A stretch of DNA of 64,000 nt from an uncultured delta proteobacterium (GTDB taxonomy: Bacteria; Desulfobacterota; Syntrophia; Syntrophales; Smithellaceae): positions 352,001-416,000 of the forward strand of contig CAVWEH010000005.1 in NCBI GenBank assembly GCA_963753975.1, in the 5' to 3' direction. The position numbers and the translations under genes were made by a program. The notes under the pieces were generated by a model. That model worked only from the letters and a program-made list of their open reading frames with translations, did not search any database and was not told the origin of the DNA. Numbering within the stretch: the first letter of the stretch is position 1; the number at the start of each line of letters is the position of its first letter. Shown piece after piece: positions 51,622-61,236 of the stretch.

Positions 51622-52440
51622 ATGTTTAAGGGAAAGAAAATAGCGATTATCGGCGGTGGGAAAATGGGAAGTATAATTGCTCAGGCTTTATTCGAACAGA
51701 AATTTTTCCACAAACGGGACATTACCGTTACCGATATGGACAGCACCAGATTGGATTTTATTCGTTCTGCAATGGGGTTACATGTTTCTCACGATAATAA
51801 AAAAACAGTAAAGAGCGCGGATATAGTCGTTATAGCTGTTAAACCGCAAAATATGGCCGCAGCATTAAACGAATTCGGTTCCGCTATAGATACTTCCAAA
51901 GTCGTGATATCTATTGCCGCCGGAATTACCACTTCTTTTATAGAATCAATTCTACCCAAAGGTTCGCGTGTCTTAAGAGTAATGCCGAACACTCCTGCTC
52001 TCGTGGGCGAGGGGGCAGCAGCCATTGCCAGGGGAACTTGCGCCACAACCGCCGATCTTAAATTAACGCACGCTATTCTCGACGCCGTGGGAATAAGTTT
52101 TGAAGTTAAAGAAGAATTGATGGATGCCGTCACTGGATTGAGTGGTAGCGGGCCGGCATATTTTTTCCTAATTATCGAATCTCTTATCGAGGCGGGACAG
52201 AAAGCCGGCCTGCCGCATGACTTGGCGGCAAAACTCTCCGCGCAAACCATGCTGGGAGCAGCCCGCCTTTGCCTGCAAAGCGATAAGAAGCCGGCCGAGC
52301 TCAGGGAGATGGTAACATCGCCGGGAGGCACTACCGCCGCTGGCCTAAAGGTGTTGAATGAAGGAAAAGTCCGCGAAACTTTCATTGCCGCCGTTGCAGC
52401 AGCTACAAATAGATCTAAAGAACTGGCCGTCGGAAAATAA
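51622..52440 (+). CDS. proC: Pyrroline-5-carboxylate reductase
   Basis: Motifs IGGGKMG, AVKP, RVMPN, GSGPAY and SPGGTT. Confidence 0.95.
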   Translation: MFKGKKIAIIGGGKMGSIIAQALFEQKFFHKRDITVTDMDSTRLDFIRSAMGLHVSHDNKKTVKSADIVVIAVKPQNMAAALNEFGSAIDTSKVVISIAAGITTSFIESILPKGSRVLRVMPNTPALVGEGAAAIARGTCATTADLKLTHAILDAVGISFEVKEELMDAVTGLSGSGPAYFFLIIESLIEAGQKAGLPHDLAAKLSAQTMLGAARLCLQSDKKPAELREMVTSPGGTTAAGLKVLNEGKVRETFIAAVAAATNRSKELAVGK

Positions 52441-52519
52441 TTAAGGTAAAAATATTTACCTTTCTATCAAAAAAAATCTGTTCGTGGGTTCTTGTCAGTA
52501 AAGATGAAAGTCCAATTCA

Positions 52520-54331
52520 TCAGACGCTTCCATCACTTTTTTCTTTTTCATCACCGGGAATGGCCGGTTCTTTTGGCTCCGATGCTACAACCGTTTCTTT
52601 GGCTTCGGTCTGTGTAATAACCAGCGGACCCGCTTCGAGAGGACGAGATGGCATCGCCGGCAAGTTTTCGTGAGCGTCTGTTACCGGCCCAATAGCTGGC
52701 AGAGAATCATTTGTTTTCATTTCTGCCGTTCTTCTTTTCTTGTGCCGAGGCCTGCGGCGACTTTTCTTTTTCGCCGGTTCTTTGTGCTCATCTTTTAATG
52801 CCGAATTTTCGGCTGTTTTCAAAGGAAGATCTTCCTGTACGGCCGGCTTTTCCACAACTTGTTCCTTGATGATTTGCTGTATGTCCAGCTTGTCCCAGGG
52901 CATCTCCGTACTGCCGGAAATATGCAAGTTGAGCCCAAAAGTCGTCTCCAGATTTAAAATTTCATTTCTTTTTTGATTGAGAATGTAACCCGCGATTTCA
53001 TGCGGTAAAATTATTCTCAATTCGGAATAAATACCTTTGACCGCTTCTGATTCAATTTTACGGAATGCCCCCAGTGCGGCATATTCCAAAGATGGACGCA
53101 GGCCGCTGCCTTTGCAATAAGGACAAGTTGTATAACTGATTTCCTGAATCGTTGATTGTTTCTTTTGCCGCGATAATTCCAGCATTCCAAATTTAGAAAT
53201 GCGTGAAAGCTGGATTCTAGCCCTGTCAATGCTCAGCGCTTTTTTGAACGATTTTTCCACTTCGGCAACATGCTTTTTATCGATCATGTCAATAAAATCG
53301 ATTACGATAAGCCCGCCTAAATCCCGTAAACGCAATTGCCGGGCAATTTCTTCGCTGGCTTCAATATTGGTCTTATAAGCAGTTTCCTCAATTGTTCGCT
53401 TGTTGGAACCGCGGCCGGAATTTACATCTATTGTAATCATGGCTTCCGTCGGATTGATAACGATATACCCGCCGGATTTTAATTCCACGCGCTCCTGATA
53501 GATAACACGTATTTGTTCTTCCAGCTGAAAGCTCTCGAAAATGGGATTTTTTTCTTTATACTGCTTGATCATTCTTACATTGCGGGGAGCGACAGCCTTC
53601 AAATAGGCGCGCATTTTGCGGAAAGTTTCATAGTCATCAACCAGAATTTCATCAATTTCCGGCGTTAAATAGTCGCGTAAACTGCGCACGCCAAAGTCGG
53701 TCTCCTGATAAATTAACAAAGGCGCGTTACTTTTACTTGCCTTCTTGTATATTTCTTTCCACAGGCGCATGAGGAGCTGATAATCGCGCAAAATTTCCTG
53801 TTTGGTGCGGTTGATGCCCGCTGTCCGCACTATAAATCCCATATTCTCCGGGACTTTAATTTGTTCCATGAGATTTTTGATTTTTTTTCGATCTTCTTCG
53901 CTTTCAATCTTTCGGGATATGCCACCGCCGGGTTTGTTGGGAAGCAGAACTAAATATCTGCCGGGAAGTGAAATGTAGGAAGTTAAAAGAGCTCCTTTGT
54001 TGCCGCTTGCTTCCCTTACAGCCTGGACGATGATTTCCTGCCCTGCTTTGAGGATGGATTTGGCGCCAGTCTGAGGATTTTCCTGTTCGGTAAAATATTC
54101 GGGACTTACATCTTTAAGAGGGAGGAAACCATCCTTAACTCCTCCATAATTAACAAAAGCCGCCTGCAGACCCCGTTCAACTTTCAGCACTTTGCCTTTG
54201 TAAATATTGCCTATAATCGGTTCTTTTACCGACATCTGAATGTTGAATTCAATGAGCTTGCCCTTTTCATTAACGGTTGCCATGCGCATCTGTTCTTTAT
54301 GAACAGCGTTAACGAGCATGATATGTTTCAT
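52520..54331 (-). CDS. Ribonuclease E/G family
   Basis: GNIYKG, AAFVNYG, IDVNSG, LRDLGGLIVIDFIDM and CPYC.G; basic low-complexity tail. Confidence 0.95.
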   Translation of the reverse strand: MKHIMLVNAVHKEQMRMATVNEKGKLIEFNIQMSVKEPIIGNIYKGKVLKVERGLQAAFVNYGGVKDGFLPLKDVSPEYFTEQENPQTGAKSILKAGQEIIVQAVREASGNKGALLTSYISLPGRYLVLLPNKPGGGISRKIESEEDRKKIKNLMEQIKVPENMGFIVRTAGINRTKQEILRDYQLLMRLWKEIYKKASKSNAPLLIYQETDFGVRSLRDYLTPEIDEILVDDYETFRKMRAYLKAVAPRNVRMIKQYKEKNPIFESFQLEEQIRVIYQERVELKSGGYIVINPTEAMITIDVNSGRGSNKRTIEETAYKTNIEASEEIARQLRLRDLGGLIVIDFIDMIDKKHVAEVEKSFKKALSIDRARIQLSRISKFGMLELSRQKKQSTIQEISYTTCPYCKGSGLRPSLEYAALGAFRKIESEAVKGIYSELRIILPHEIAGYILNQKRNEILNLETTFGLNLHISGSTEMPWDKLDIQQIIKEQVVEKPAVQEDLPLKTAENSALKDEHKEPAKKKSRRRPRHKKRRTAEMKTNDSLPAIGPVTDAHENLPAMPSRPLEAGPLVITQTEAKETVVASEPKEPAIPGDEKEKSDGSV

Positions 54332-54432
54332 AAATGTCCTTTTCGGCCGGCGGCGGCTTTCGCCCGTTTTGGATCGGGCACAGGCTTCCCGAAGCCTATT
54401 TGCCAATAAAGCAGCATGCGACCTTTTTTATT

Positions 54433-55038
54433 TTAAAGAAAGGCGCTGATATCGCCTTTTCCAATTCTAATAATTTCGATATTGTCATCAACAAGACTGA
54501 TGACACTCGAAGGTTCGGGTATAATATTACCACCGTCGATAATTAAATCAACCACCCGATCAAAATATTCCTTGATCGCATAAGGATCACCTAAATCTTC
54601 GCCGTCCGCTGTCTTTACACTGGTGCTGATTATCGGCTGACCCAATTCTCTCACCAGCGCCAGACAAATTTGATTATCGGGGACTCTGATTCCCGTTGTC
54701 GACCTTTTCGGCAAAATGATTTTCGGCACCAGGCGCGATGCTTCCAAAATAAAAGTGTAAGCTCCCGGCAAAAGCCGTTTCATTGTTTTATAGGCATAGT
54801 CGGTAACTTTGGCGTACTGACTGATGTGCTTGAGATCCGAGCAGACAAAGCTCAAAGGTTTCTTTTTGTTTCTTTTTTTCAGTTCGTAAATTCTTTCGAT
54901 TCCCTTTTTATTAGATAAATCACAACCCAAGCCGTAAACCGTGTCGGTAGGATAAATTATTATTCCTCCATCACGTAATACCTCCACGGCTCGTCTAATA
55001 AGGCGCGGCTGCGGATTCTGGTTGTTAATGGACAACAT
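54433..55038 (-). CDS. Sua5/YciO/YrdC family protein
   Basis: Motifs NPQPRLI, YPTDTVYGLGC, PGAYTFIL, GIRVPD and ISTS. Confidence 0.92.
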   Translation of the reverse strand: MLSINNQNPQPRLIRRAVEVLRDGGIIIYPTDTVYGLGCDLSNKKGIERIYELKKRNKKKPLSFVCSDLKHISQYAKVTDYAYKTMKRLLPGAYTFILEASRLVPKIILPKRSTTGIRVPDNQICLALVRELGQPIISTSVKTADGEDLGDPYAIKEYFDRVVDLIIDGGNIIPEPSSVISLVDDNIEIIRIGKGDISAFL

Positions 55039-55144
55039 GGCTAAATTCCCGATTATTTGTCCTCGTTGGCAACTGCATATACCAAGAAATCAGCTCTTTG
55101 ACAATTAAAACTTATCAAAATAATTGAGAAAAACCAGCATGGTA

Positions 55145-56728
55145 CTATTTGCCATTCATCTTGTCCTTGCTTAATTTGTATTCGATACTATCGACCAGAG
55201 CCTGCCAGCTCGCCTCGATAATATTTTCAGAGACGCCGATAGTGCTCCAGACATCTTCTCCATCCGTGGAATCCAAAAGCACCCGGACGCTCGCGGCCGT
55301 GCCTTCCGATCCTTCCAGCGTGCGCACCTTAAAATCGACAAGGTGCATCTCTTTTATTTGCGGATAAAATTTTGTGAGTGCTTTGCGCAGAGCGTGATCC
55401 AGAGCATTCACCGGACCATTTCCTTCGGCCGCAGTTAATTCTTCCTCACCGTCGACTGATATTTTAATCGTAGCCTGGGAAAGACAGGGTTTATCTTCGG
55501 TGCGCGAAGTAACAACATTAAAACTCTCCAGAGTAAAGGGCTCGATAAACTCACCAATTGCCTTCTTAATCAAGACAGAAAGCGAACCGTCGGCAGAATC
55601 AAACTGAAAACCGCGGTCCTCCATAAGCTTGACTTCATGCACTATTTTTTTACTGAGAGCATCATTTTTGGCGAGGTTGATGCCCAATTCCCTGGCCTTG
55701 TATTCGACATTGCTCTTGCCCGCCAGATCGGAAACCAGAACGCGTCTGTGGTTTCCGACAAGTTCCGGCTGAATATGCTCGTAGGCCATGGAGTTTTTCA
55801 CCACGGCACTGACGTGCACTCCGCCTTTGTGCGCAAAAGCGCTGCGTCCCACAAACGGCCGCGAATTAAGCGGCGGAACATTAGCGACGTCGCTTACATA
55901 ATGAGAGAGGTTCGTCAGTTGCCGGATAGATTCGGCCGGCAAACAATTCTTGCCGAGTTTGAGCTGCAAATTGGCAATAACGGGAATTAAGTCGGCATTG
56001 CCGCATCTTTCGCCGTAACCATTTATCGTTCCCTGAACCATCTTAACACCTTCCTTTACTGCGGCAATGGAGTTAGCGATGGCCAGACCGCAGTCGTTAT
56101 GAGTATGGATTCCGGCTATATTTAAAGGGATATGAGCAGATATCTTTTTTAAGATGTCGCTGATCTCATCAGGCATAGAACCGCCGTTGGTATCGCAAAA
56201 AACTATCATGTCCGCGCCGGCGGCAAGCGCCGTTTTCACAACTTTGATCGCATAGCGGGGATTATTTTTATAGCCGTCGAAAAAATGTTCGGCGTCAAAA
56301 AGCGCTTCTTTGTCCATTGATTTCAGGTATTCGATCGAATCGGTAATCATGGCTAAATTCTCATCCAGATTTGTTTTAAGAATTTCGGTTACGTGCAGAT
56401 CCCAGGATTTCCCTACTATGGCGCAGGCAGGGGTACCGGCTTTAATCAGCGCCTTCAAATTGGGGCATGATTCCGGTTTCGTATGAGGTCGGCGCGTAGA
56501 GCCGAACGCCGTCAAACGGGAATTTTTAAATTTAACTTTTTTTGCCATTTCGAAAAAGCGCACGTCTTTGGGATTGGAACCAGGCCAGCCGCCTTCGATA
56601 TAATGGAAATGCGTTTCATCAATGCGCTGCGCTATGCGCAGTTTTTCTTCTGCCGAGAAATTGGTTTGCTCTCCCTGTGTCCCGTCCCGCAGAGTCGTAT
56701 CGTAAATCAAAATTTGATTTTTTGTCAT
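55145..56728 (-). CDS. cimA: Citramalate synthase (Geobacter-type)
   Basis: YDTTLRDGTQGE, IEGGWPGSNPKD, DAEHFFDG, HNDCG and AFAHKGGVH; C-terminal regulatory domain GNGPVNALD. Confidence 0.92.
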   Translation of the reverse strand: MTKNQILIYDTTLRDGTQGEQTNFSAEEKLRIAQRIDETHFHYIEGGWPGSNPKDVRFFEMAKKVKFKNSRLTAFGSTRRPHTKPESCPNLKALIKAGTPACAIVGKSWDLHVTEILKTNLDENLAMITDSIEYLKSMDKEALFDAEHFFDGYKNNPRYAIKVVKTALAAGADMIVFCDTNGGSMPDEISDILKKISAHIPLNIAGIHTHNDCGLAIANSIAAVKEGVKMVQGTINGYGERCGNADLIPVIANLQLKLGKNCLPAESIRQLTNLSHYVSDVANVPPLNSRPFVGRSAFAHKGGVHVSAVVKNSMAYEHIQPELVGNHRRVLVSDLAGKSNVEYKARELGINLAKNDALSKKIVHEVKLMEDRGFQFDSADGSLSVLIKKAIGEFIEPFTLESFNVVTSRTEDKPCLSQATIKISVDGEEELTAAEGNGPVNALDHALRKALTKFYPQIKEMHLVDFKVRTLEGSEGTAASVRVLLDSTDGEDVWSTIGVSENIIEASWQALVDSIEYKLSKDKMNGK

Positions 56729-56765
56729 TTTGTCCTCACTTTCAAAATCACCGCTGGTGCGGGAT

Positions 56766-56951
56766 CAATTCAACTAACAGATATTACTGTGCTGTGCTTG
56801 TAATATCTGAGTTTCATTGATTCGTCCAACAAACTCCAGTTGTAGATGACCTTCAGGTTATGTACTTTATTTCTGAAGTTTGGGTCTCATTACAGCTTAC
56901 AGATTTCAGTGCACCTATAGTGACCTTTAGGTTATGCGTTTCTGAAATCTG
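56766..56951. repeat. Stack of three palindromic repeat modules in the cimA 5' region
   Basis: 56766-56818 matches 27985-28037. 56820-56892 is the reverse complement of 58754-58826 (68/73). 56900-56951 is a palindrome sharing TGACCTTYAGGTTATG. Confidence 0.85.
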
Positions 56952-56959
56952 AGGTTCAC

Positions 56960-56997
56960 AAAAAAATCCGCTGCCCGGTTTCCCTGGCAGCGGATTT
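56960..56997 (-). terminator. Attenuator terminator upstream of cimA
   Basis: AAAUCCGCUGCCAGG-gaaa-CCGGGCAGCGGAUUUUUUU on the minus strand. Confidence 0.9.
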
Positions 56998-57022
56998 CGA
57001 TTTCGTTTAATTGGAACTATGG

Positions 57023-57103
57023 CTATTCCACGACCAGGCCTCTTATGGGGAAGCTAATTATTATGATGCTGATTATAATTTCACCAATAGTGATTGCGTT
57101 CAT
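57023..57103 (-). CDS. Ile-rich leader peptide (26 aa) of the cimA attenuator
   Basis: MNAITIGEIIISIIIISFPIRGLVVE: 10 Ile codons, 4 of them ATA; lies directly before the terminator. Confidence 0.85.
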   Translation of the reverse strand: MNAITIGEIIISIIIISFPIRGLVVE

Positions 57104-57131
57104 ATCGCCAATAAACCTTCAATTTTGCTAT

Positions 57132-57160
57132 ATAATAATTTTTTAGTAGTATTTTGTCAA
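57132..57160 (-). promoter_or_regulatory. Sigma-70 promoter for the leader-cimA transcript
   Basis: TTGACA-N17-TATTAT. Confidence 0.7.
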
Positions 57161-57270
57161 TAGAAATAATTTTCATAATATTAAGCATTCCCGCCGACAA
57201 AGGAGATTTTAATGGAGCGAAAAATATGCTAGGCTGGCAAATAATAACTGAAATTAAAAAATGAGGAACC

Positions 57271-58215
57271 TTGTCAGTTCATCAGCATGCAAATCACAAT
57301 CATCCGGAATCGTCGTGGGGCAAACGTCTAATTGTTTCCATGGTCATGAATTTGATCATTCCGGCGGTGCAGATTTACGGCGGCATTATTTCCGGCAGTA
57401 TGGCGCTCATCAGCGATGCTCTCCATAACCTAAGCGATTTTATTTCTCTGGTCATCAATTACGCCGCACTGCTGATCGGTAAACGCGGCCCCACATACAA
57501 ACAAACATTCGGTTATAAGCGCATCGAGATCTTTGCCACATTGATAAGTGTAGTGCTTTTATACTGCACCAGCGTCTATATTGCTCTGGAGGCCTGGCAG
57601 AGATTCCTCCGTCCCCAAACTATAGCCGGTGAGATTGTTATCTGGATTGCTCTTTTGGGATTTGCCGGGAATATTACTTCTGCATTGATGCTGCGCTCCG
57701 GCTCGAAAGTCAATTTGAACATGAAGAGCGCTTTTTTGCATATGCTCAGTGATGCCGCAACTTCTTTAATCGTTGCCCTTCTGGGGATTGTCTGGATTTT
57801 CCGTCCCTGGTTCTGGCTTGATCCGGTATTCTCCTGGTTAATTGTCGGATTGATATTATACAGCGGCTGGAACCTGCTCAAAGACAGTTTTCTGATTCTG
57901 ATGAATGCCACGCCGCCGGGAATCGACCTTGCCGAAATTCAAAATGCTCTGGAATCCCTCGAAGGCGTCAGCGAAATTCACGACCTGCATGTTTGGAATC
58001 CATCGGCTCAAAATATTGCCCTGGCTGTGCACATAACCGTGCCCGATCAAATGCTGCTCAAAGTTGACGATTTGGCAACAAAAGTAAGGGCAATTCTTTT
58101 AGCAAAATTTAAAATTAATCATCCGACTTTGCAGTTTGAATGCAAGACTTGTAAAAACGGGAATCTTTTGTGCTCTATTCCGGAAAACGGACAGGAAAAT
58201 CATAAACATGATTAA
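57271..58215 (+). CDS. Cation diffusion facilitator (CzcD/ZitB-like)
   Basis: His-rich ends; SDALHNLSD, TFGYKRIE, AFLHMLSD and IHDLHVW. Confidence 0.93.
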   Translation: MSVHQHANHNHPESSWGKRLIVSMVMNLIIPAVQIYGGIISGSMALISDALHNLSDFISLVINYAALLIGKRGPTYKQTFGYKRIEIFATLISVVLLYCTSVYIALEAWQRFLRPQTIAGEIVIWIALLGFAGNITSALMLRSGSKVNLNMKSAFLHMLSDAATSLIVALLGIVWIFRPWFWLDPVFSWLIVGLILYSGWNLLKDSFLILMNATPPGIDLAEIQNALESLEGVSEIHDLHVWNPSAQNIALAVHITVPDQMLLKVDDLATKVRAILLAKFKINHPTLQFECKTCKNGNLLCSIPENGQENHKHD

Positions 58216-58226
58216 GGAGGTAAAAT

Positions 58227-58679
58227 ATGGCCGAGTCTTTCCAGTCACGAATAAAGCGCTGGGGCTTTAATTTCTTTCCTGTTTACCGCCGGACAGGAGC
58301 GCGCATCACCTACATTTCCGGCGATTGGCAGGAAGCCCGCATCAAGCTGCCGTTAAATTGGAAAACAAGAAATTATGTCGGCACCATCTTCGGCGGCAGT
58401 ATGTACGCGGCAGTCGATCCCCTTTACATGGTTATGTTTATTAAACTGCTGGGGCCGGAATATATAGTTTGGGATAAAGCGGCGAAAATCCAGTTTAAAC
58501 AGCCCGGCCGTTCTACACTGCAGGCGAAATTTAAGATCGCCGTGGCCGAACTTAATTACATCCGTAAAACACTTAAAACGCAAAGCAAGTTAGACCGCAC
58601 CTATCAAATTGAGCTGATTGATGAAGAAAACAATGTCTGTGCGGTAGTCGAAAAAATAATTCATTTTAAGAGAAAATAA
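58227..58679 (+). CDS. DUF4442 / hotdog-fold thioesterase-like protein
   Basis: Motifs RNYVGTIFGGSMYAAVDP and VWDKAA.I.F..PG. Confidence 0.85.
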   Translation: MAESFQSRIKRWGFNFFPVYRRTGARITYISGDWQEARIKLPLNWKTRNYVGTIFGGSMYAAVDPLYMVMFIKLLGPEYIVWDKAAKIQFKQPGRSTLQAKFKIAVAELNYIRKTLKTQSKLDRTYQIELIDEENNVCAVVEKIIHFKRK

Positions 58680-58753
58680 TTGATAACGATTAGATATTAA
58701 ATACAAATTTTTTGTGAGGTGTTATGCTAAAAGTATTGCGGCGTTTGCAATAT

Positions 58754-58826
58754 TAATGAGACCCAAGCTTCAGAAATAAAATGCATAACCTGAAGGTCAT
58801 CTACGACTGGAGTTTGCTGGACGAAT
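58754..58826. repeat. Inverted copy of the 73-bp repeat at 56820-56892
   Basis: 5 mismatches, all transitions. Confidence 0.9.
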
Positions 58827-58883
58827 TATCCTGCAAAGCGGAGGGGCGAAGACCCGTGGTAGCACTGATCCATATAAACACTG

Positions 58884-59547
58884 TTAGCAGGTAACCATAA
58901 ATATGGATTTATTAAATTACTTTATAAACGACCCACTACGTATATTAACGGTAATTGGTGGCACTGGAGGTCTTCTCTACTGGTATGATCGTTTTAAAAA
59001 CAGATCGCGAATAAAAATACGATTACTCGCAGATGGTCTTGTTCCTAGTTATCGTGATAACAAAAATTACATTTCATTTGAAGCAGAAAACTTCGGATCA
59101 GCACCTGTGTCACTAGAACCTGATGTTTTATTAAAGGGAATCTTACCTATTGTGTTGCGAATAAAATCTAATAAAAGGCTCAAATGGAGCAATTATAATT
59201 TTAAAATAGAAACCAGCGAACGCTCACTTCCACCACACCAGCCTAAAACATTTAAAGCAGTCTGTGACTGTAAGAATTCGGAAACCGCTTTTCTATGGTT
59301 TATAATATACACATTTTCACCGACACTTGGGCGTGCACGAAGAATTCGACTTCGGTCTGCGAGTGGCAATAAATTATCATATGCGCGTTATATTTGTGAA
59401 ATTGCGTTGTACATCGTATTTAATAAACTTAACATAGAGGAGAAAGTAAAATAATCCTCTTTGCGCAATCAGAACTAAGGCAAAAAACTGCTAACAAATC
59501 GCCAAAGCCGATCGCAGCCCGCTGGGCTGCTCCGGTTTAGCTTTTCG
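58884..59547 (+). mobile_element. Integron gene cassette (no integrase in the window)
   Basis: Starts at G|TTAGCAG, 20 nt before the ATG, and ends in an attC whose R'' CTGCTAAC is the exact complement. Confidence 0.8.
58903..59454 (+). CDS. Cassette-encoded hypothetical protein with an N-terminal hydrophobic segment
   Basis: AT-rich 183-aa ORF filling the cassette; no recognised family. Confidence 0.75.
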   Translation: MDLLNYFINDPLRILTVIGGTGGLLYWYDRFKNRSRIKIRLLADGLVPSYRDNKNYISFEAENFGSAPVSLEPDVLLKGILPIVLRIKSNKRLKWSNYNFKIETSERSLPPHQPKTFKAVCDCKNSETAFLWFIIYTFSPTLGRARRIRLRSASGNKLSYARYICEIALYIVFNKLNIEEKVK

Positions 59548-59553
59548 TTAAAA
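59489..59553 (+). other. attC recombination site
   Basis: TGCTAAC-AAATC-GCCAAA[G]CCG-..GCAGCCC-gct-GGGCTGC..-CGGTTTAGC-TTTTC-GTTAAAA: R'', L'', L' and R' boxes, 5-nt spacers and an extrahelical G. Confidence 0.85.
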
Positions 59554-59582
59554 AACAGATTTTTTCTATTTTGACAATAACC

Positions 59583-59988
59583 TTAATCAAGCAAACGCTT
59601 TTGTCCGGTAATCGCTTGTATGTCGGTTATGTTTTGCGAAACTTCCAAGCACCCCAAATATTTGCCTGCCACATCCCTCAGCGCATAATATTCTATCAAT
59701 ACTTTTTGGGGAGTGTCTTTACCCTGCATGGGTAAATCAATCCAGAATCGGGCGCTATTTCTTTTACAGGCTTTCATCTGGGCCAAAATCGTCTCCACTT
59801 TATTCAAACTGCTTTGGGGATGACAATCCCGCACATCGCGGCCTACCGCACCCTTAGGCCTTTTGAATATTCTGGTTTCATGCTTATTCCACGCCAGTAC
59901 TTTATCGTTTTTATCTACCACCGAAAAATCCACAGGAATTGTTTCCAGCAATGCTTCCAAATACATTTTTATCTAATTCACCAATCAT
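59583..59988 (-). CDS. Stand-alone PAS-domain protein (PAS_10/DUF438 C-terminal-like), +1 frameshift near 59960
   Basis: IFKRP..A.GRDV.DCHP..S...V and YLGCLEVSQ.IT. GGAGG RBS before the ATG at 59988; removing one T gives MIGELDKNVLEALLETIP. Confidence 0.8.
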
Positions 59989-60114
59989 GTTTGACCTCCA
60001 AATAGTTATTATCAAATAATAAAATGCTGACACATGATAATCAATTTGCCGTCACCGAAAAATATATGCGGCAAATTCTTAGCAATTTCGAAATAGCAAA
60101 AAATCGTTCTTTTC

Positions 60115-61236
60115 TTAATCCAGCCGTTTTCTGAAGCGCGCTATCGCGCCGGAAAAAACAAGCGTCCCCAGAACAGCCAGCGCCACGTATTGCGGCCAGA
60201 GGACTTCCAGGGCCACGCCTTTAAGGAAAATTCCGCGGATAATGACCAGAAAATAGCGCAAAGGATTAAGAAGGGTAAGCCACTGGACAAATGTGGGCAT
60301 ATTGGCAATGGGGAAGACAAAGCCGCTCAACATAAAAAACGGCATGATAAAAAAGAAAGTGGTCATCATCGCCTGCTGTTGCGTGGCGGAAATTGTGGAA
60401 ATGAAAAGCCCCACGCCCAGAGTGCTCAGCAAAAATAAACAGGAGGCAAAAAATAAAAGCACAATACTGCCTTTTAAAGGGATTTCAAACCAGTAGATGG
60501 CAACGACAATTATCGCCGACAATTGCGCCAGAGAAATAATTATGTACGGAATTGTCTTGCCGACAATTAATTCGGAAGCTTTTAGCGGCGTTACGATTAG
60601 TTGCTCCATCGTGCCCGCTTCCTTTTCCCGAATAATGGCAATCGATGTCAAAAGCAAGGAGATAAGCATGATTAAAAAGGCGACAATGCCCGGAACAAAG
60701 AAGTATTGGCTGTCCAGATTAGGGTTATACCAGGTGCGAATGCGCGCATCGATTTTACCGTAACTCATTTGCTGCGGATACAATTCACGGATGGTATCGC
60801 GGTTAAACTTATCGATTACCGTGGCAGTGTAAGCCATGCGCATGGAGGCCATGTTGCTCATCGAACCGTCGGCAATGATTTGAACCGCTGCCGTTTGGCC
60901 TTTGCGGATAATGCCCGCGAAATCTGGACCGATTGTAATGCCCATATCAACTTTCCCCCGCAACAGAAGCTCTTCTATCTGGTTTTCGTCGGCTGCGTAA
61001 TGAGTGATATGGAAAATGTTGCTGCCTACAAAAGCGTCAACGAGTTTGCGGCTTTCATAAGTCTGGGAATAATCAACAAGGGCAACGTGAATATTACGGA
61101 TATCATAATTGACCACATAGCCGAAAACGAGCATCTGGATAAAGGGAGCGACGAAAAGAGTTACCCGGTTTCGCTTATCGCGAAAGAGCTGGATGAATTC
61201 TTTGCGTACTAATTCCTTGATCCTCAGCCAGCTCAT
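60115..61236 (-). CDS. ABC-2 permease (YbhR-like)
   Basis: Motifs KEFIQLFRD, WYNPNL, REKEAGTMEQL.VTP and LSGFVFPI.NMP. Confidence 0.9.
   Translation of the reverse strand: MSWLRIKELVRKEFIQLFRDKRNRVTLFVAPFIQMLVFGYVVNYDIRNIHVALVDYSQTYESRKLVDAFVGSNIFHITHYAADENQIEELLLRGKVDMGITIGPDFAGIIRKGQTAAVQIIADGSMSNMASMRMAYTATVIDKFNRDTIRELYPQQMSYGKIDARIRTWYNPNLDSQYFFVPGIVAFLIMLISLLLTSIAIIREKEAGTMEQLIVTPLKASELIVGKTIPYIIISLAQLSAIIVVAIYWFEIPLKGSIVLLFFASCLFLLSTLGVGLFISTISATQQQAMMTTFFFIMPFFMLSGFVFPIANMPTFVQWLTLLNPLRYFLVIIRGIFLKGVALEVLWPQYVALAVLGTLVFSGAIARFRKRLD

Noticed and set aside
51789..52385. 198-aa antisense ORF and the many other short overlapping ORFs in the track
   Set aside because: They are shadows of well-supported genes (here proC), with no recognisable motifs.
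50050..52440. yggT-yggU separated from a divergent proC, without yggS
   Set aside because: An ordinary rearrangement of a known cluster, with no evidence of a new function.
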